Counted from the stretch's first letter, positions 42,179-53,647 are shown. The stretch: 64,000 nt of DNA from an uncultured delta proteobacterium (GCA_963847445.1 CAWJZV010000004.1:192001-256000); one strand, 5' to 3'. Notes: a model not told the origin generated them from the letters alone. Made by a program: numbers and translations.

Positions 42179-43332
42179 TAGCCTTCTCCTTTGAGCGCGG
42201 CCAAGGCTTGGCGCAACTCGTCGCCAACAATTGCGCCGTCGTGAGTCACCACGCAGCGGCGGGTGATTTCATCGCGAAAGTCCAAGCCGCAGAATACCGT
42301 CGCGTAGCAAATGGCCCAGAAAATTTTCCATGTTGCGCGAAAACATCCGGCTGGCATCCTGGGCGACTTCGGCGGCGAGATTTAACCGGCCGACTGATGG
42401 TCACGCCGCGGCAGACGATATCTTCGCCGGGTTTGGTCAATTCGCAGTTGCCGCCCTGTTCGGCGGCGAGATCGACCAGCACCGCGCCGGGTCTCATATT
42501 CTCGAATCATCTCACCGGGTGATGAGAATCGGCGCGCGCTGCTGCGGCACCAATGCCGTGGTGATACAGACATCGGCATTGGCCAGCGGCAGGCGTATCG
42601 CGTTGCGCGCCCGTTCGAGGGAAACTTCGTTCAATTGACGCGCATAGCCTTCGGCGCTCTCGGCAGCTTGTTCCAACCCAGGTTCGATATATTTCGCGCC
42701 TAAGCTTTCGACCTGCTCGCGCACGTCCGGCGGACATCGAACGCTTCGACCAGCGCGCCCAGACGGCGCGCCGTGGCGATCGCTTGCAGACCGGCGACAC
42801 CGGCGCCCAAGCACCAAGACCCGCACCGGCGCGAAGGTCCCGGCGGGAGTCATCAGCATCGGGAAGAAACTTGGCGAGTAACATTGGCGGCGACAATCAC
42901 CGCGCGATAACCAGCCGCGGTACTCTGCGAGCTCAAGACGTCCATGGACTGCGCGATCGTCGTGCGCGGCAGATTTTCCAGCGCCAGGGTGGTCACCCGC
43001 GCGGTCGGCCAAGCGCCGTGTCGCATCGACATGATCGCGTGGATATAGCAGACAGACGAGGGTCGCGCCGCGGCGCAGCTGCTCGACTTCGAGCAGAGTC
43101 GGCGGCCGTATCTTGACCAGCAAATCGGCTTTGTTCGAGGAGCCGTTGGGCGGAGGATTCAAGCCTCGCGCCAGCCCGCACGTAGTCGTCGTCACTGAAC
43201 CCCGCGGCCTGGCCCGCACCACTCTCGACCGCAAGCCTGATTTTGTTCGCAGTCAGCCGGCGCACGCCCTCGGGCACCAGCGCAACCCGCCGCTCGCCGG
43301 GAAAGACTTCTCTGCGCCACGCCGACAATCAT
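42178..43332 (-). CDS. pntA: NAD(P) transhydrogenase alpha subunit, part 1, many frameshifts
   Basis: GERRVALVP, FPMLMTPAGT, EQVESLGA, ITTALVP and VDLAAEQGGNCELT spread over frames. Confidence 0.85.
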
Positions 43333-43695
43333 GCCGCCTCCCGATGGGCCGCTGCGCCGCCCCCGCTTTCTCGTTAGCGCTGGAGGAGCCGCCGATGCGA
43401 GCAAACCACGGCGCACATACTGCGGATCGAGCGCCAAGTAACTCACAGACGTTTTCAAAGGAGAACAACCAGTGGTTGCCTTCGCGCATGAACCAGTCTT
43501 CGACCTCGCGAAAGCGCTCTTTGCCGGCACGGTCGGCGCGCCGCGATACTTCTGAAAGAGATGGATCGCGTCTTCAAGCATTGCCAGGAGTAACGATTTC
43601 TCCGGCGCCAAATGTTCGCTGCGGCGGAAAGTATCGAAATAGCGTCGTTGAGCATCGCTATCGTTAGCGACGATCGCCAAGATTGGTTCGTCCAT
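43329..43695 (-). CDS. Hypothetical helical protein heading the pnt operon, frameshifted
   Basis: RBS GGGGG before MDEPIL; PEKSLLLAMLEDAI..FQKY...WF...WLFSFENVCELL..DPQYVRRGL. Confidence 0.6.
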
Positions 43696-43762
43696 CGATA
43701 TCCCCCCTATAGGCTTCGCACCAGCACTCGGCTCTGTGCGCTCCACCGCCAACGACGTATTC

Positions 43763-43777
43763 GCAACGCCTATGCCA
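43763..43777 (-). promoter_or_regulatory. sigma54 motif upstream of the hypothetical-pnt operon
   Basis: TGGCATAGGCGTTGC. Confidence 0.7.
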
Positions 43778-43893
43778 TGAGATTTCGTCGTTTGCAGGCG
43801 TCTTCCTTCGCAACCTTGCGACGATCGTTAAGGCTTCTTCTCAGCTGTAAGAAACCAAGTGCTGGGAACGCGTTATTCAAATGAGCGAATTCA

Positions 43894-43908
43894 TGGCATG
43901 GCCATTGC
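43894..43908 (+). promoter_or_regulatory. sigma54 motif upstream of hsp20-lon
   Basis: TGGCATGGCCATTGC. Confidence 0.7.
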
Positions 43909-43996
43909 GTTTAGAACCAAGTGAACGATTGTCAAATCGCAACTTGATCGCACAGCCCAATTAATTGGGTTTAAACAAATCGCGGAGCTGATAGCG

Positions 43997-44429
43997 ATGG
44001 CGAAAAAACCAAATGACTTGATATCGTTTCCGATGCACCTGCCGCGCGAAGTCGAACGACTCTTCGACGAAATGATCCACCGGCCCTGGGGCTTCTGCCG
44101 GGATATCCGCGGCTGGAATCCGTCGGTCGATGTCTACGAGACCGAAGACTTCTTCATCCTCGAAGCCGACCTGCCGGGCGTCAAAGCCGAAGACGTCAAA
44201 GTCGAGGCGGAAAACGGCGATCTGGTTTTACAAGGTTGGCGCACCATCGAGACCAGCCAAAGCGACGGCCAGTTTCACACCATGGAACGGTCTTCGGGCA
44301 ATTTCATGCGTCGCATTAAACTGCCGGAGTCCATCGACAAAACTGCCATCGAAGTCGAATTTCACGACGGTGTGCTGCAGAGTGCAGTTGCCCAAGACTC
44401 AAGGGAACAAGAGAGGAGAGGCGCGATGA
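43997..44429 (+). CDS. Hsp20/alpha-crystallin small heat shock protein, C-terminal frameshift
   Basis: WNPSVDVYET, ADLPGV, ERSSGNFMRRIKLP and DGVL motifs. Confidence 0.9.
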
Positions 44430-46892
44430 TCGACAGAACCGAGGTTGTTAACAGCGAAACGCGGCATCGAAGACGGTAGCGCGCCGCGGGAACTGTCCGC
44501 CGAGGAGCTGCGCTTCTCGACCAAGATCGAGCCACCACTTCGGCGTCGACCCGCGAGCTCGCCGGCGCCAAAGATTTTGTCGGCCAGGAGCGCGCCTTGG
44601 CGTCGTTAGAACTCGGCATCGGCGTCGCCGGCAGCGGTTATAACATTTTCGTTTCCGGTTTGACCGGCGCGGACAAGCTGGACACGCTGCGCCGTTGGGT
44701 CGCCGAACGGGCCAGCGCCACGGCGACTCCAGGCGACTGGGTGTATGTGCATGATTTCAAACATCCCGATGCGCCGCGGGCGATTTATTTGAAACCCGGC
44801 GCGGGTATCGAGCTGCGGGACATGATGCATGATCTGGTCAAGACCCTGCGCGAGGAATTGCCCAAGGCGTTTCGCCAGGAAGCCTTCGATAAGGAAAAAT
44901 CTTCGCTGATGGAGAAGTTCAACAACCGCGCCCAGGAACTCAACGTCCAATTCGCCACCCTGGCGCGCGAGCGCGGTTTCCAGGTGCAGACCAGTTCGCG
45001 CGGCCATATCTATTTTATTCCAGTGGTCGACGGCAAACCGATGCAAAAGCCGCAGGACTTCGCGGCGCTTTCGGAAGATGAGCGGCGCGATGTCGAACGG
45101 CGCCAGCAGGAGCTCAACGTCGAGCTCGAACGGTTGGCGCGCCACCAGCAGGAAATCATGCGCGAGATGGAACAGGATATCCGCACCGTGGAGCGGCGTT
45201 TCTGTGAGACACTTGCTGATCCCAATCCTCGGCCGCATCATCGACAAGCTCGACAACCCGGAGGTGAATATCTATCTGGACGAGACTCGCGAACATATTC
45301 TCAACAATCTCGACGATTTCAAGGAAGCCGGCGCAAGCCCGATGGCGTTGCCGTTCATGCCGGCGCCGCGCGCGAGCGCGATCCTTACCTGGAATATGAA
45401 GTGAACGTCGTCGTCGACAACGCCAAGACCCAAGGCGCGCCGATCATCGTCGAAAGCGCGCCGACCTATTTGAATTTGTTCGGCACCATCGAGCGGGTGG
45501 TCGACCGCTTCGGCCGGGTGGTGACCAATTTCACCCGGATCAAATCCGGCTCCTTCCTGCGCGCCCATGGCGGTTATCTGATCTTCAGCCTGGAAGACGC
45601 GATCACCGAACCGGCGGTGTGGAAGGTGCTCAAGCGGACGCTGCGCAGCGGCCGCATCGAAATGGAAACCTACGAACCCTTCGCGATGTTCTCCGCTTCG
45701 GGTTTGAGACCCGAACCGGTCAAGGTCAACACCAAAGTCATCGTCGTCGGCAGCGCCTATCTCTATCACCTGCTCTACACCTGGGACGACGACTTCCACG
45801 AGATGTTTAAGATTCGCGCCGATTTCAATCCGGTGATGCAGCGCGACGACGACCACCAGCTCGCCTACGCCCACTGGGTCGGCAATCTATGCAATGAAGA
45901 AGGCATGCCCCATTTCGACGAGAGCGGCGTGGAAAAATTGATCGAGTACGGCGCCCGCCAGGCCGGCGACCGCGATAAAGTCTTGGCGTCCCATGCGACC
46001 ATCGCCGATTTAGTCCGCGAAGCGGCTTTCTGGGCGCGCAAGGAAGATCGCCAGCTGGTGTCGGCGCGCCATGTCGAGAAGGCGCTCGAAAGCCGGGTCT
46101 TCCGCTCCAACCGCATCGAAGAGAATATTCGCGAGCTGATCGCCAACGGCACGATCTTGGTCGACATCGACGGCAAGAAAACCGGACAGGTGAACGGTCT
46201 GTCGGTGATGGAGATCGGCGGCTACGCCTTCGGCCGGCCAAGCCGGGTGACCGCCAGCGTCGGCATGGGCCAGGCCGGCATCGTCAATATCGAGCGCGAG
46301 TCGAAGTTAAGCGGCAACATCCACGACAAAGGCATGTTGATCCTGGCCGGCTATCTGCGCAACCGCTTCGGCCAGAACCAACCGCTGGCGCTCTCGGCAA
46401 GTCTCTGTTTCGAGCAGTCCTATGGCGGCGTCGAAGGCGACAGCGCGTCGTCGACCGAGCTTTACGCCCTGCTGTCGCGGCTGGCGAATCTGCCGCTGCG
46501 CCAAGATATCGCCGTCACCGGCTCGGTCAATCAGTGGGGCGAGGTGCAAGCGATCGGCGGCGTCAATGAAAAGATCGAAGGCTTTTACGATGTCTGCCGG
46601 ATGGTCGGCTTGACCGGCAAGCAGGGAGTGCTGATCCCCGCCGCCAACGTGCGCCATCTGATCCTGCGCGGCGATGTCGTGCAAGGCAGTGGCCGAGGGG
46701 AAGTTTCACCTCTACCCGGTGAAGACCATCGACGAAGGGATAGCGATCCTGACCGGCGATGTTCGACGACGGCAAGCCGGGACGACGAGACGCATCAATG
46801 ACGCCGTGGCCAAGCGTCTCAAGGAATTGGCTGTGGGATTAAAGGAATTCGCCGCGCCAGAGAAAAATGGCGCGGCCGACAATAAGCAATGA
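44426..46892 (+). CDS. Lon-like protease (LonC/LonB type, AAA_32 plus S16), frameshifted
   Basis: FVGQERA, GYNIFVSG, GQVNGL, SLCFEQSYGGVEGDSAS (catalytic Ser) and IGGVNEKIEGF motifs. Confidence 0.9.
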
Positions 46893-46932
46893 CGTTCTGC
46901 GGCCCGCGCGCGCTCGAGGCTTGCGAAAAAAT

Positions 46933-47304
46933 ATGGAGATTACAACCATGGAAGCGCTCACCATCGACGCCAATATCGATCGTCTCACCCAGCGACGCGA
47001 GCAGTTGCTGACGACGCTGCGCCATCTCGACGACGAGCAAAAGCAAGTCGAACATAACACCGACTGGGTCGATCAGGCTGCCTACGTAAGCCGCATCGCT
47101 TTGCTCGACGGCCTGCGCCAAGATTACCGGGCGGAGCTGACCAGGATCGACCGGGCGCTCGAGCGCATCGCCAATCATCAGTACGGCACGTGCGCGGCTT
47201 GCCACGATGCCATCGAGCCAAAGCGGCTGGAGTCGGTGCCGGATACCGAGTACTGCTGTGGCTGCGAAAGTTTCAGGGAGGGCCTAGAGCAGTACGCGGC
47301 CTAG
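46933..47304 (+). CDS. TraR/DksA C4 zinc-finger protein
   Basis: DWVDQA, IDRALERI...YGTCAAC...RLESVP...CCGC motifs. Confidence 0.85.
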   Translation: MEITTMEALTIDANIDRLTQRREQLLTTLRHLDDEQKQVEHNTDWVDQAAYVSRIALLDGLRQDYRAELTRIDRALERIANHQYGTCAACHDAIEPKRLESVPDTEYCCGCESFREGLEQYAA

Positions 47305-47690
47305 CGACGGACTTCGAAGCGAACCGCGCTTAGCCCTAATGAATCGCCGGAATTGTCGAGCTGCGATTGCCCGCGCGCAACCCATGCTATCGTAGTGGCT
47401 CCACTTAACGGCTATCGCCTTTACCCTCGCCAGTCTCCATGGTAACCCTTTGACTCGTCTGGTGGAGAAGCAAGGTCCCCGGTGGTCACGAAATCTCTTT
47501 TCATCACGCCATGACCGTTTTGCAACCGCCATGTTGTCGATGTACGGGATCATAGCAGGTCAGCCAAAGGCGGTTGCGCGTTGATTTAGAAAAAGACAGG
47601 AAGAGGCTGGATAGCGAACCTTGGTGAGCGCGTTCAGGACCAATCAATTCATCTTGATCATTCCACAGTACCGATTAGCACTATCATCCG

Positions 47691-49061
47691 TCAGAAAATG
47701 GAGTCTAAAATAGAGTCCAGGCTGAAATAATACCGGAGACGAAACTCAACCCGATAGTTGTTTTGTTTTTCACCGTACTCTGTTCCTCTCCAGCCAATCA
47801 GGACCGGTGTCCGAAACCGCAGCTCGAGATTGGTTGTGGGACTGTAGGCGAGCTCCGGAATTACCGAAAAGCTGCCATCCTGCAGATTGATTGTGGTGGT
47901 CAGAGCGGGAGTGAAATACAGGATGTCAAAGGGTTCTTTTTGACTGGCGCGAAAGTATAGGTAGTGACCCATCGGGTTTGGCCGGCCGTAAACGGATTCA
48001 GCCAATTGTGAAGCGCGCACGAGACCGCTCCTATTTCCGGTGTTGCGATACGTTGTATAGCTGTCGTTGACGAAGGTAACGAAATCTTTGAATTGATCTT
48101 GGCTTAGCCCTGTCCCGTTGCGGTAATATTCCAGGATGTAAGTGGTTTCCTGTTCGGTCAGATAACGAAAACCCAAAAGATAGCTGACGGCGTCCCATTG
48201 GTGGCTGGACGCGACTCCCTGAGCATTAATCGTTGTCATCTTAAAATTGTTGATTCTCGCCCATTCGCCGTGGACCTCAAGATTCGTCGATAGGTTTCTG
48301 GAGAAGTCAAAACCGAATCGGGTCGTGCGGCTCGATCCGGTAAGCAACGTGACATCGATATCGGTATCGTAATAAAGCAGGTAGAGCTTGGACGCAAAAT
48401 TTACGTGGTAGGGTTTGCCAAAGTCAGTGTTGACATGCTCCCAAACCGGAACGGCGGCCGCGCTTAGGGACGCATTACTCAGAGGTCCGGCAAAGCTTTG
48501 GTTCCATGTGGCATTCAACACCGTGTACCCTTGGCGAATTTCTTCAGGGTCTTCCGGGTTCTTCGGCCGGTCGACAAAGGCGACCGGACTCCATGCATAG
48601 CCTTTACCCCATTTGAAGATTTTATTGCCCGCCTCCAGACTGAAGTTGTCGTTGGGTCGCAGGGAGATCAGGCCTTGCAAAAGTTTAGTGGATTGCTGCC
48701 AGCCGACAAAGTCGTTTTGCACGAAGGTTTCGCTCTGGAAAGACACCGAGAAGATGTCCTTCTTGTAACTCCCCTCGAGACGGAGGCCGAAATTATATTG
48801 CTGGAAGGTCCGGCCGCTGCGCAGCAGGTCGAACTTCAATTGAGCAAAGGCATGATCCCGATCGACGCCGAAGGTTATCGGCTGGAACTCGAAAAAACCA
48901 CCAAGGCTGTAGGGTTTGCTGGCCGCTTTGTCGACTTCCTTCTGCAACTCCGAAAGGTCAATTTCGAATCGCTTCTCGTCCGGTGGCTGATCCTGCGCGG
49001 GAAGATTGGGCGCAAAGAGTAGGCCCGAAAGTAGCACCGCGCATTTACAGATTCTACGCAC
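47691..49061 (-). CDS. Exported, probable outer-membrane beta-barrel protein
   Basis: Signal peptide, WGKGYAWSP, aromatic-rich alternating strands and RLRYYF near the C-terminus. Confidence 0.6.
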   Translation of the reverse strand: MRRICKCAVLLSGLLFAPNLPAQDQPPDEKRFEIDLSELQKEVDKAASKPYSLGGFFEFQPITFGVDRDHAFAQLKFDLLRSGRTFQQYNFGLRLEGSYKKDIFSVSFQSETFVQNDFVGWQQSTKLLQGLISLRPNDNFSLEAGNKIFKWGKGYAWSPVAFVDRPKNPEDPEEIRQGYTVLNATWNQSFAGPLSNASLSAAAVPVWEHVNTDFGKPYHVNFASKLYLLYYDTDIDVTLLTGSSRTTRFGFDFSRNLSTNLEVHGEWARINNFKMTTINAQGVASSHQWDAVSYLLGFRYLTEQETTYILEYYRNGTGLSQDQFKDFVTFVNDSYTTYRNTGNRSGLVRASQLAESVYGRPNPMGHYLYFRASQKEPFDILYFTPALTTTINLQDGSFSVIPELAYSPTTNLELRFRTPVLIGWRGTEYGEKQNNYRVEFRLRYYFSLDSILDSIF

Positions 49062-49064
49062 CGC

Positions 49065-49807
49065 TCACCTGATGGTTTCAATCTTGGGCATAAACTCCAG
49101 CGTAAACACTTCATCGGCAACGATCTTCTTTTTAACGTTGGCATACGCGATGATGGACTGATAGCCCTTATAGAGCGGGCTGTCGGTCTCGATGACAGAC
49201 GGCCGCCGCACCCCTTCGAACGGTTTGATTTCTTTAAAATAGAGAGTCTTGATCAAAAGACCGGTCGCGGCATAGCATTCGATCTTGGTCGGAACCACCG
49301 CCTTCTTATCGACCCACATCTTCAGTTTGTCGTACGCCACCGCGGCGGTCTTCGCCTTCAAATTGAGTACATACTCGCTCTTGCCATCCTCCATGTTTTG
49401 GACGTTGTATTCCACGTTGTAGTCGAGGCGCATGATGTCGGCGTTGTTGAACACGCCGCCGACAACTGACTGGAGACTGGTGATCCGCACCGGTTTGCCG
49501 ACATTGGGGATATAGAGCCACATGTTGTCGCCCAGTCGGAGCGTAGCTCGACCTTTTTCGCTGGCCGGTGAAAGAAATAGTGAAACAATTTTGTCGTTGC
49601 CCTTTTTTAAGTGTGTAAAGGAGAAATTCCCTCTTGGCGCCGCTCGGCTCGATGTTGATCAGCTTGCGGTAGGATTCAAATGACTCCGGTTGGAGATTGG
49701 CGTCCACTTTCTTGAGAATCTCTGTCCCATCTAAAGCGAACACTGGGGTTGCCAAGAGCAACGTGAGACCCAGAGCGAAGAACCGTTTGATATAGTGGTC
49801 TTTTCAT
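49065..49807 (-). CDS. Outer membrane lipoprotein-sorting (LolA-like) protein, frameshifted
   Basis: Signal peptide, EILKKVD, MWLYIPNVGKPVRI, FNNAD and AYDKLKMWV motifs. Confidence 0.75.
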
Positions 49808-51053
49808 ACATGCCTCAACGCGTCGATCGGTTCCATCCTGGAAGCCTTGTACGCCGGCTGTAGGCTCGCAAGAACGGAAACTATGATCACCATGAGAGAA
49901 GCCGTTACAACCTCCATCGGCGCGATCGTTGGGGCGAGAATAAGACCCGTGGCCTGGCCAAAGTTGAAGGTAATTTTCGAGACGTACAACGCCAAGATAA
50001 TTCCCAAACCGAAAACCACACCGACAACCGCGCCAGTTACGCCAAGACAAAAGCCTTCCACCAGAAACAGCGAAAGGATCTTTCGTGGCAGCGTCCCGAT
50101 TGCCGCGATCGTGCCGATTTCTCTGACACGCTCATAGACCGCCATGATCATGACGTTGAGAATGCTGATCAGCACGATGGCGATGAGCATCAGCTTGATG
50201 AAAAAAGTCATCAGGTCGATCATATTGGCGATGTTGGCGAAGGGTGATAGTTGCGCCCACGTGTGGACCTCGATGGCGCCACCTTTTTGCTTTTTCTCTC
50301 CCAAGCCAAGTGCTGCCTCGGATAGCTTTGAGCGACCCCTTCCACCGCCGGAAGAGATTTTACTCGAACTGCGATCTCGCTCACCTCTTTGCCGGACATC
50401 CGCAAAATTTCTCTGGCGTCATCGAAATTGATGTAACCGTCTCGGCCGCCCGGTCCGGTAGCGCTTTCCAGAATGCCGCTGACGAGAAATGTCTTGCCGT
50501 TGACCGATCCATCTTTGTTGGTCGCGACTATTACGACGGTGTCGCCGACTTTGGCGCCAAAGCCTTGGGCCAGCAGTTTCGGCACCAGCATTTTCCCCTT
50601 TTCCAACGAACGGACACTCTTTTCCCCTTCCAAAATCCGCGAGAGCATCTGCGGCAAGGCGGCAAACTCTTTTTCCGGATAAACGCCGTTGATCCTGATA
50701 TTGGTGGTCTCGGTAAAATTGCTGAATAGGGCGCCAAACTTTATCCGCTCCGAATAGGCTTCGATGTCCTTATTCCCCGCCAGGGTTTTTTCGAGCTGCG
50801 ATACCGCGGCAGGTGGGAGATTCATATTCAAAGGAAGGCTTTCAATAGACGCCACATAACCGCCGCGATGGATCTGCAAGGCCCCCAGATAAGAATCGGT
50901 GATCTGGGCGATCATGAAATCCTTGATCGAAACGGTCACCGCGACGAAGACCAGAACGAAGACGACTCCGAAGGCGATCAACGAGACGGTCAGGAGGCTC
51001 CGCCTCTTATAGCGCAGTAAGTTTCGCGCCGCGATCTTCATCAGATTGAACAT
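49804..51053 (-). CDS. FtsX/LolE-like ABC permease, frameshift near 50320
   Basis: ARNLLRYKRRS, NVMIMAVYERVREIGT and PAYKASRMEPIDALR motifs. Confidence 0.88.
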
Positions 51054-51747
51054 TAGCTTTACCCTTCTCTTCCCGATTTAGAAGGCGACCGTCTTCCAGG
51101 GAGTAGATAATTTCCGCCTCGCCAATGATTCGCGTATCGTGCGTCGAAAAGATAAACGTAATGCCGAAGTTATCTCTCATCTGCTTCATCAATCGGAGAA
51201 TCATGTACGCAGTCTCATGATCCAGGTTTGCGGTCGGCTCATCGGCGAGGACCAACTTTGGCCGGGTGACCAGCGCGCGGGCGATCGCAACCCGTTGCTT
51301 CTGACCGCCGGAAAGCTGATCCGGCATTTGATTCTTTTGCTCTAGCATTCCCACGGCTTGTAAGGCTTTGAGCACCCGGTCGCGGCGCTCGGCCAGAGGC
51401 AGTTCTTGCACCATCACCAGCGGGTACTCGACGTTCTCAAAAGCCGTCAAGACGGCAAGTAAATTGAAACTCTGGAAAATAAAGCCGATATTTTGCCCGC
51501 GAAACTCTGCCGCTTGGCGCCGATCCAACCCGAGGACATCGATCCCCGCCACCTGTAACTCTCCACTGGTCGGTTTGTCCAAGCATCCGACAAGATTGAG
51601 CAACGTTGTCTTGCCGCTGCCCGAAGGCCCGATGAACGCGAGGAAGGCACCTGCCTCGATCTCGAAACTGACCTCCTGCAAGGCTTTCACTTCCACACTG
51701 TCGGTTGCGTATGTCTTAGTCAAACTTTTTGCGACAATCAGGCTCAT
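51007..51747 (-). CDS. LolD/MacB-like ABC ATP-binding protein
   Basis: GPSGSGKTT, LSGGQKQRV, ADEPTANLD and STHD motifs. Confidence 0.93.
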   Translation of the reverse strand: MSLIVAKSLTKTYATDSVEVKALQEVSFEIEAGAFLAFIGPSGSGKTTLLNLVGCLDKPTSGELQVAGIDVLGLDRRQAAEFRGQNIGFIFQSFNLLAVLTAFENVEYPLVMVQELPLAERRDRVLKALQAVGMLEQKNQMPDQLSGGQKQRVAIARALVTRPKLVLADEPTANLDHETAYMILRLMKQMRDNFGITFIFSTHDTRIIGEAEIIYSLEDGRLLNREEKGKANVQSDEDRGAKLTAL

Positions 51748-51810
51748 ATCGCTTCATTCTCCTCAGCGTTCGCACGCCAAATTCCATGTCTTTCGTGGCA
51801 CTGGCCTTTA

Positions 51811-52436
51811 CTAATTGCCGCTGCTCTCGTCGCGCCGGGATCGATCTCTCGACTCCTGCCCCCGGGCAATGTCGATCTCCTCTTCGATTTTCCGGCCTAC
51901 CCACTCGCCGCTCGCGATAAGCTTCTGCCCGTCGATTTCTTTTCCTGAAATCATGGCAAGGCTATTTTTGATCTCGGAGCGGATTTCATTTGTCGGGTCC
52001 CAGTACTGTCCGTACGAGGATGCTGCGTATTGATTAACATAGTCGAGCCAGTCGTGCAGCCCTCTCAAACCACTCTCGATTTCCTTCAGCCCTCTCTGAC
52101 GATCTCCACTCCGCGTCAAGGTGAGGCCCAAGTAGAGCTTCGCCATGTTGTCGTCTTGTGAAGCGAGATCGCCCGTTCCAGAGCTTGGCGGGCCTCCGGA
52201 TACTTTCCCGCAACGTAGTAGGCCCGCCCCAGGTAGGTCCAGGTTCCTTGAGGAAACACGCTGAAGTACAAATGGTTTGGGTCTAATTCAGCCGCGCTTT
52301 GAAATGACCCAATTGCCGCATTTGGATCACCGTACAGCAGAGCCATGCGGCCTTGCTGGACCTTGGTCTCTGCCGCGCAAGCGGAAATGAAAAGAATGAT
52401 CGACGCTAGCCCAAAAATTAAGTTTTTCGGATTCAT
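51811..52436 (-). CDS. TPR lipoprotein, frameshift near 52155
   Basis: Lipobox ISAC; TPR helices WTYLGRAYY...EARQALERA and AKLYLGL. Confidence 0.7.
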
Positions 52437-52458
52437 ATTGTTGCCACTAGGAAGCGGG

Positions 52459-52473
52459 GCAACATTTGTGCCA
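52459..52473 (-). promoter_or_regulatory. sigma54 motif upstream of the TPR-ABC operon
   Basis: TGGCACAAATGTTGC; lies close to the start codon. Confidence 0.55.
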
Positions 52474-52570
52474 TGAGAAACACTGAACACAACCCGTTCC
52501 TCTAAAACGTGAGCAGATGTGATTCGAGCTGCTGCGACAAAATCATAAAACCTTATGCACCCGCCATGGT

Positions 52571-52978
52571 TCACCTATTCAATTGCTCTTCGGCACGACA
52601 GTCCCAATACATCCTTTCAAGACGCGTATAATAATCGGCAATGCGTTCAAGATGATCCATCGCCAGTTCAAGAGCTAGCATGTCATCCTTAGTATGGTCC
52701 CGCTCGAAATCTATTCCTGTGAGTAGTTGTTTCAAATCATAGTTGATGACCGCTTTTCCGTCCGCATGACCTCCTGGCATTTTGTCTTTGTAGTTTTTAA
52801 TGTCTATCTGATAAGCGTTTCTAATAGCCCTTCGGTACTCCTCAAACTTTAATTCCACGCTCTGACGAAGCTGAGGCTGCTGAGCTTGTGCCCAGGTACG
52901 ATCCGACTTGACGAACAGCATTAGAGCAAAGCCCATAATCACAATCGACGTGACTTGCTGGAAATTGTTCCTCTTCAT
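52571..52978 (-). CDS. Exported protein with a DUF5661-like domain
   Basis: Signal peptide; GIDFERDHT...LAMDHLERIADYYTRL pattern. Confidence 0.55.
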   Translation of the reverse strand: MKRNNFQQVTSIVIMGFALMLFVKSDRTWAQAQQPQLRQSVELKFEEYRRAIRNAYQIDIKNYKDKMPGGHADGKAVINYDLKQLLTGIDFERDHTKDDMLALELAMDHLERIADYYTRLERMYWDCRAEEQLNR

Positions 52979-53068
52979 TTTTCCCCCTTACTGCAAAGGC
53001 ATTTTCGTTTGACCCATCATACGCGACCTCGTGATGCACCTGGCGACCCTCTGTCAATACAGGCCACA

Positions 53069-53083
53069 GCAAGACTCGCGCCA
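53069..53083 (-). promoter_or_regulatory. sigma54 motif upstream of the DUF5661-like gene
   Basis: TGGCGCGAGTCTTGC. Confidence 0.6.
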
Positions 53084-53219
53084 GGGGATATTTCCAAATC
53101 TTATTCGACCCGTCTAGCTAAACTTCTTAGGGCTGAGAAAAATCGGGACTGGATTCGCGCCAGTGAGAAGAACCGGAGCGTTGCGGAATGTTATCGCCTC
53201 AAACATCCGGCGCACCACG

Positions 53220-53647
53220 TCACTGGCCCGCGCGAATCATTCGGCAGAGAGCATGAAAAACGGCTCGTACGAGGTCGAAGTCAAGGGAAAGAATGTCATC
53301 AAAATCCTGAGCGTTGAGTTTGAGCGCGTAAACGGGGTCGATAGCCTTTACCGTATGCATGGCCGGGTTGCGATCGAGCGCGGGCACCGTCCCGAATGCT
53401 TGTTTTTCGCCTAGCTCACGGACTGACTTGACCGTTTACCCTCGATCGCTACGCGCCCCTCTAAGACAAGATAGATTGCATCAACAGGTTCACCCTCACG
53501 GTAGATCGTCGCTCGGGGCTCGAAATGGACATCCTCGGTCAGCGCAGCGACCCTGCCGAGTGCCTCTATAGTGGCGTGACTAAAAATATCCACGGATTTG
53601 AGGAAAATGACTTTTTCTATTGCGGCAAGCTTTTTTTGTTCCATCAT
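53220..53647 (-). CDS. Cyclic nucleotide-binding domain protein, frameshift near 53430
   Basis: IEKVIFLKSVDIF, IYREGE, YLVLEGRV, then FGTVPALD in another frame. Confidence 0.8.

Noticed and set aside
47305-47690. Short ORF 47284-47553 or a regulatory RNA after dksA
   Set aside because: No motif, RBS or stable structure that I can support.
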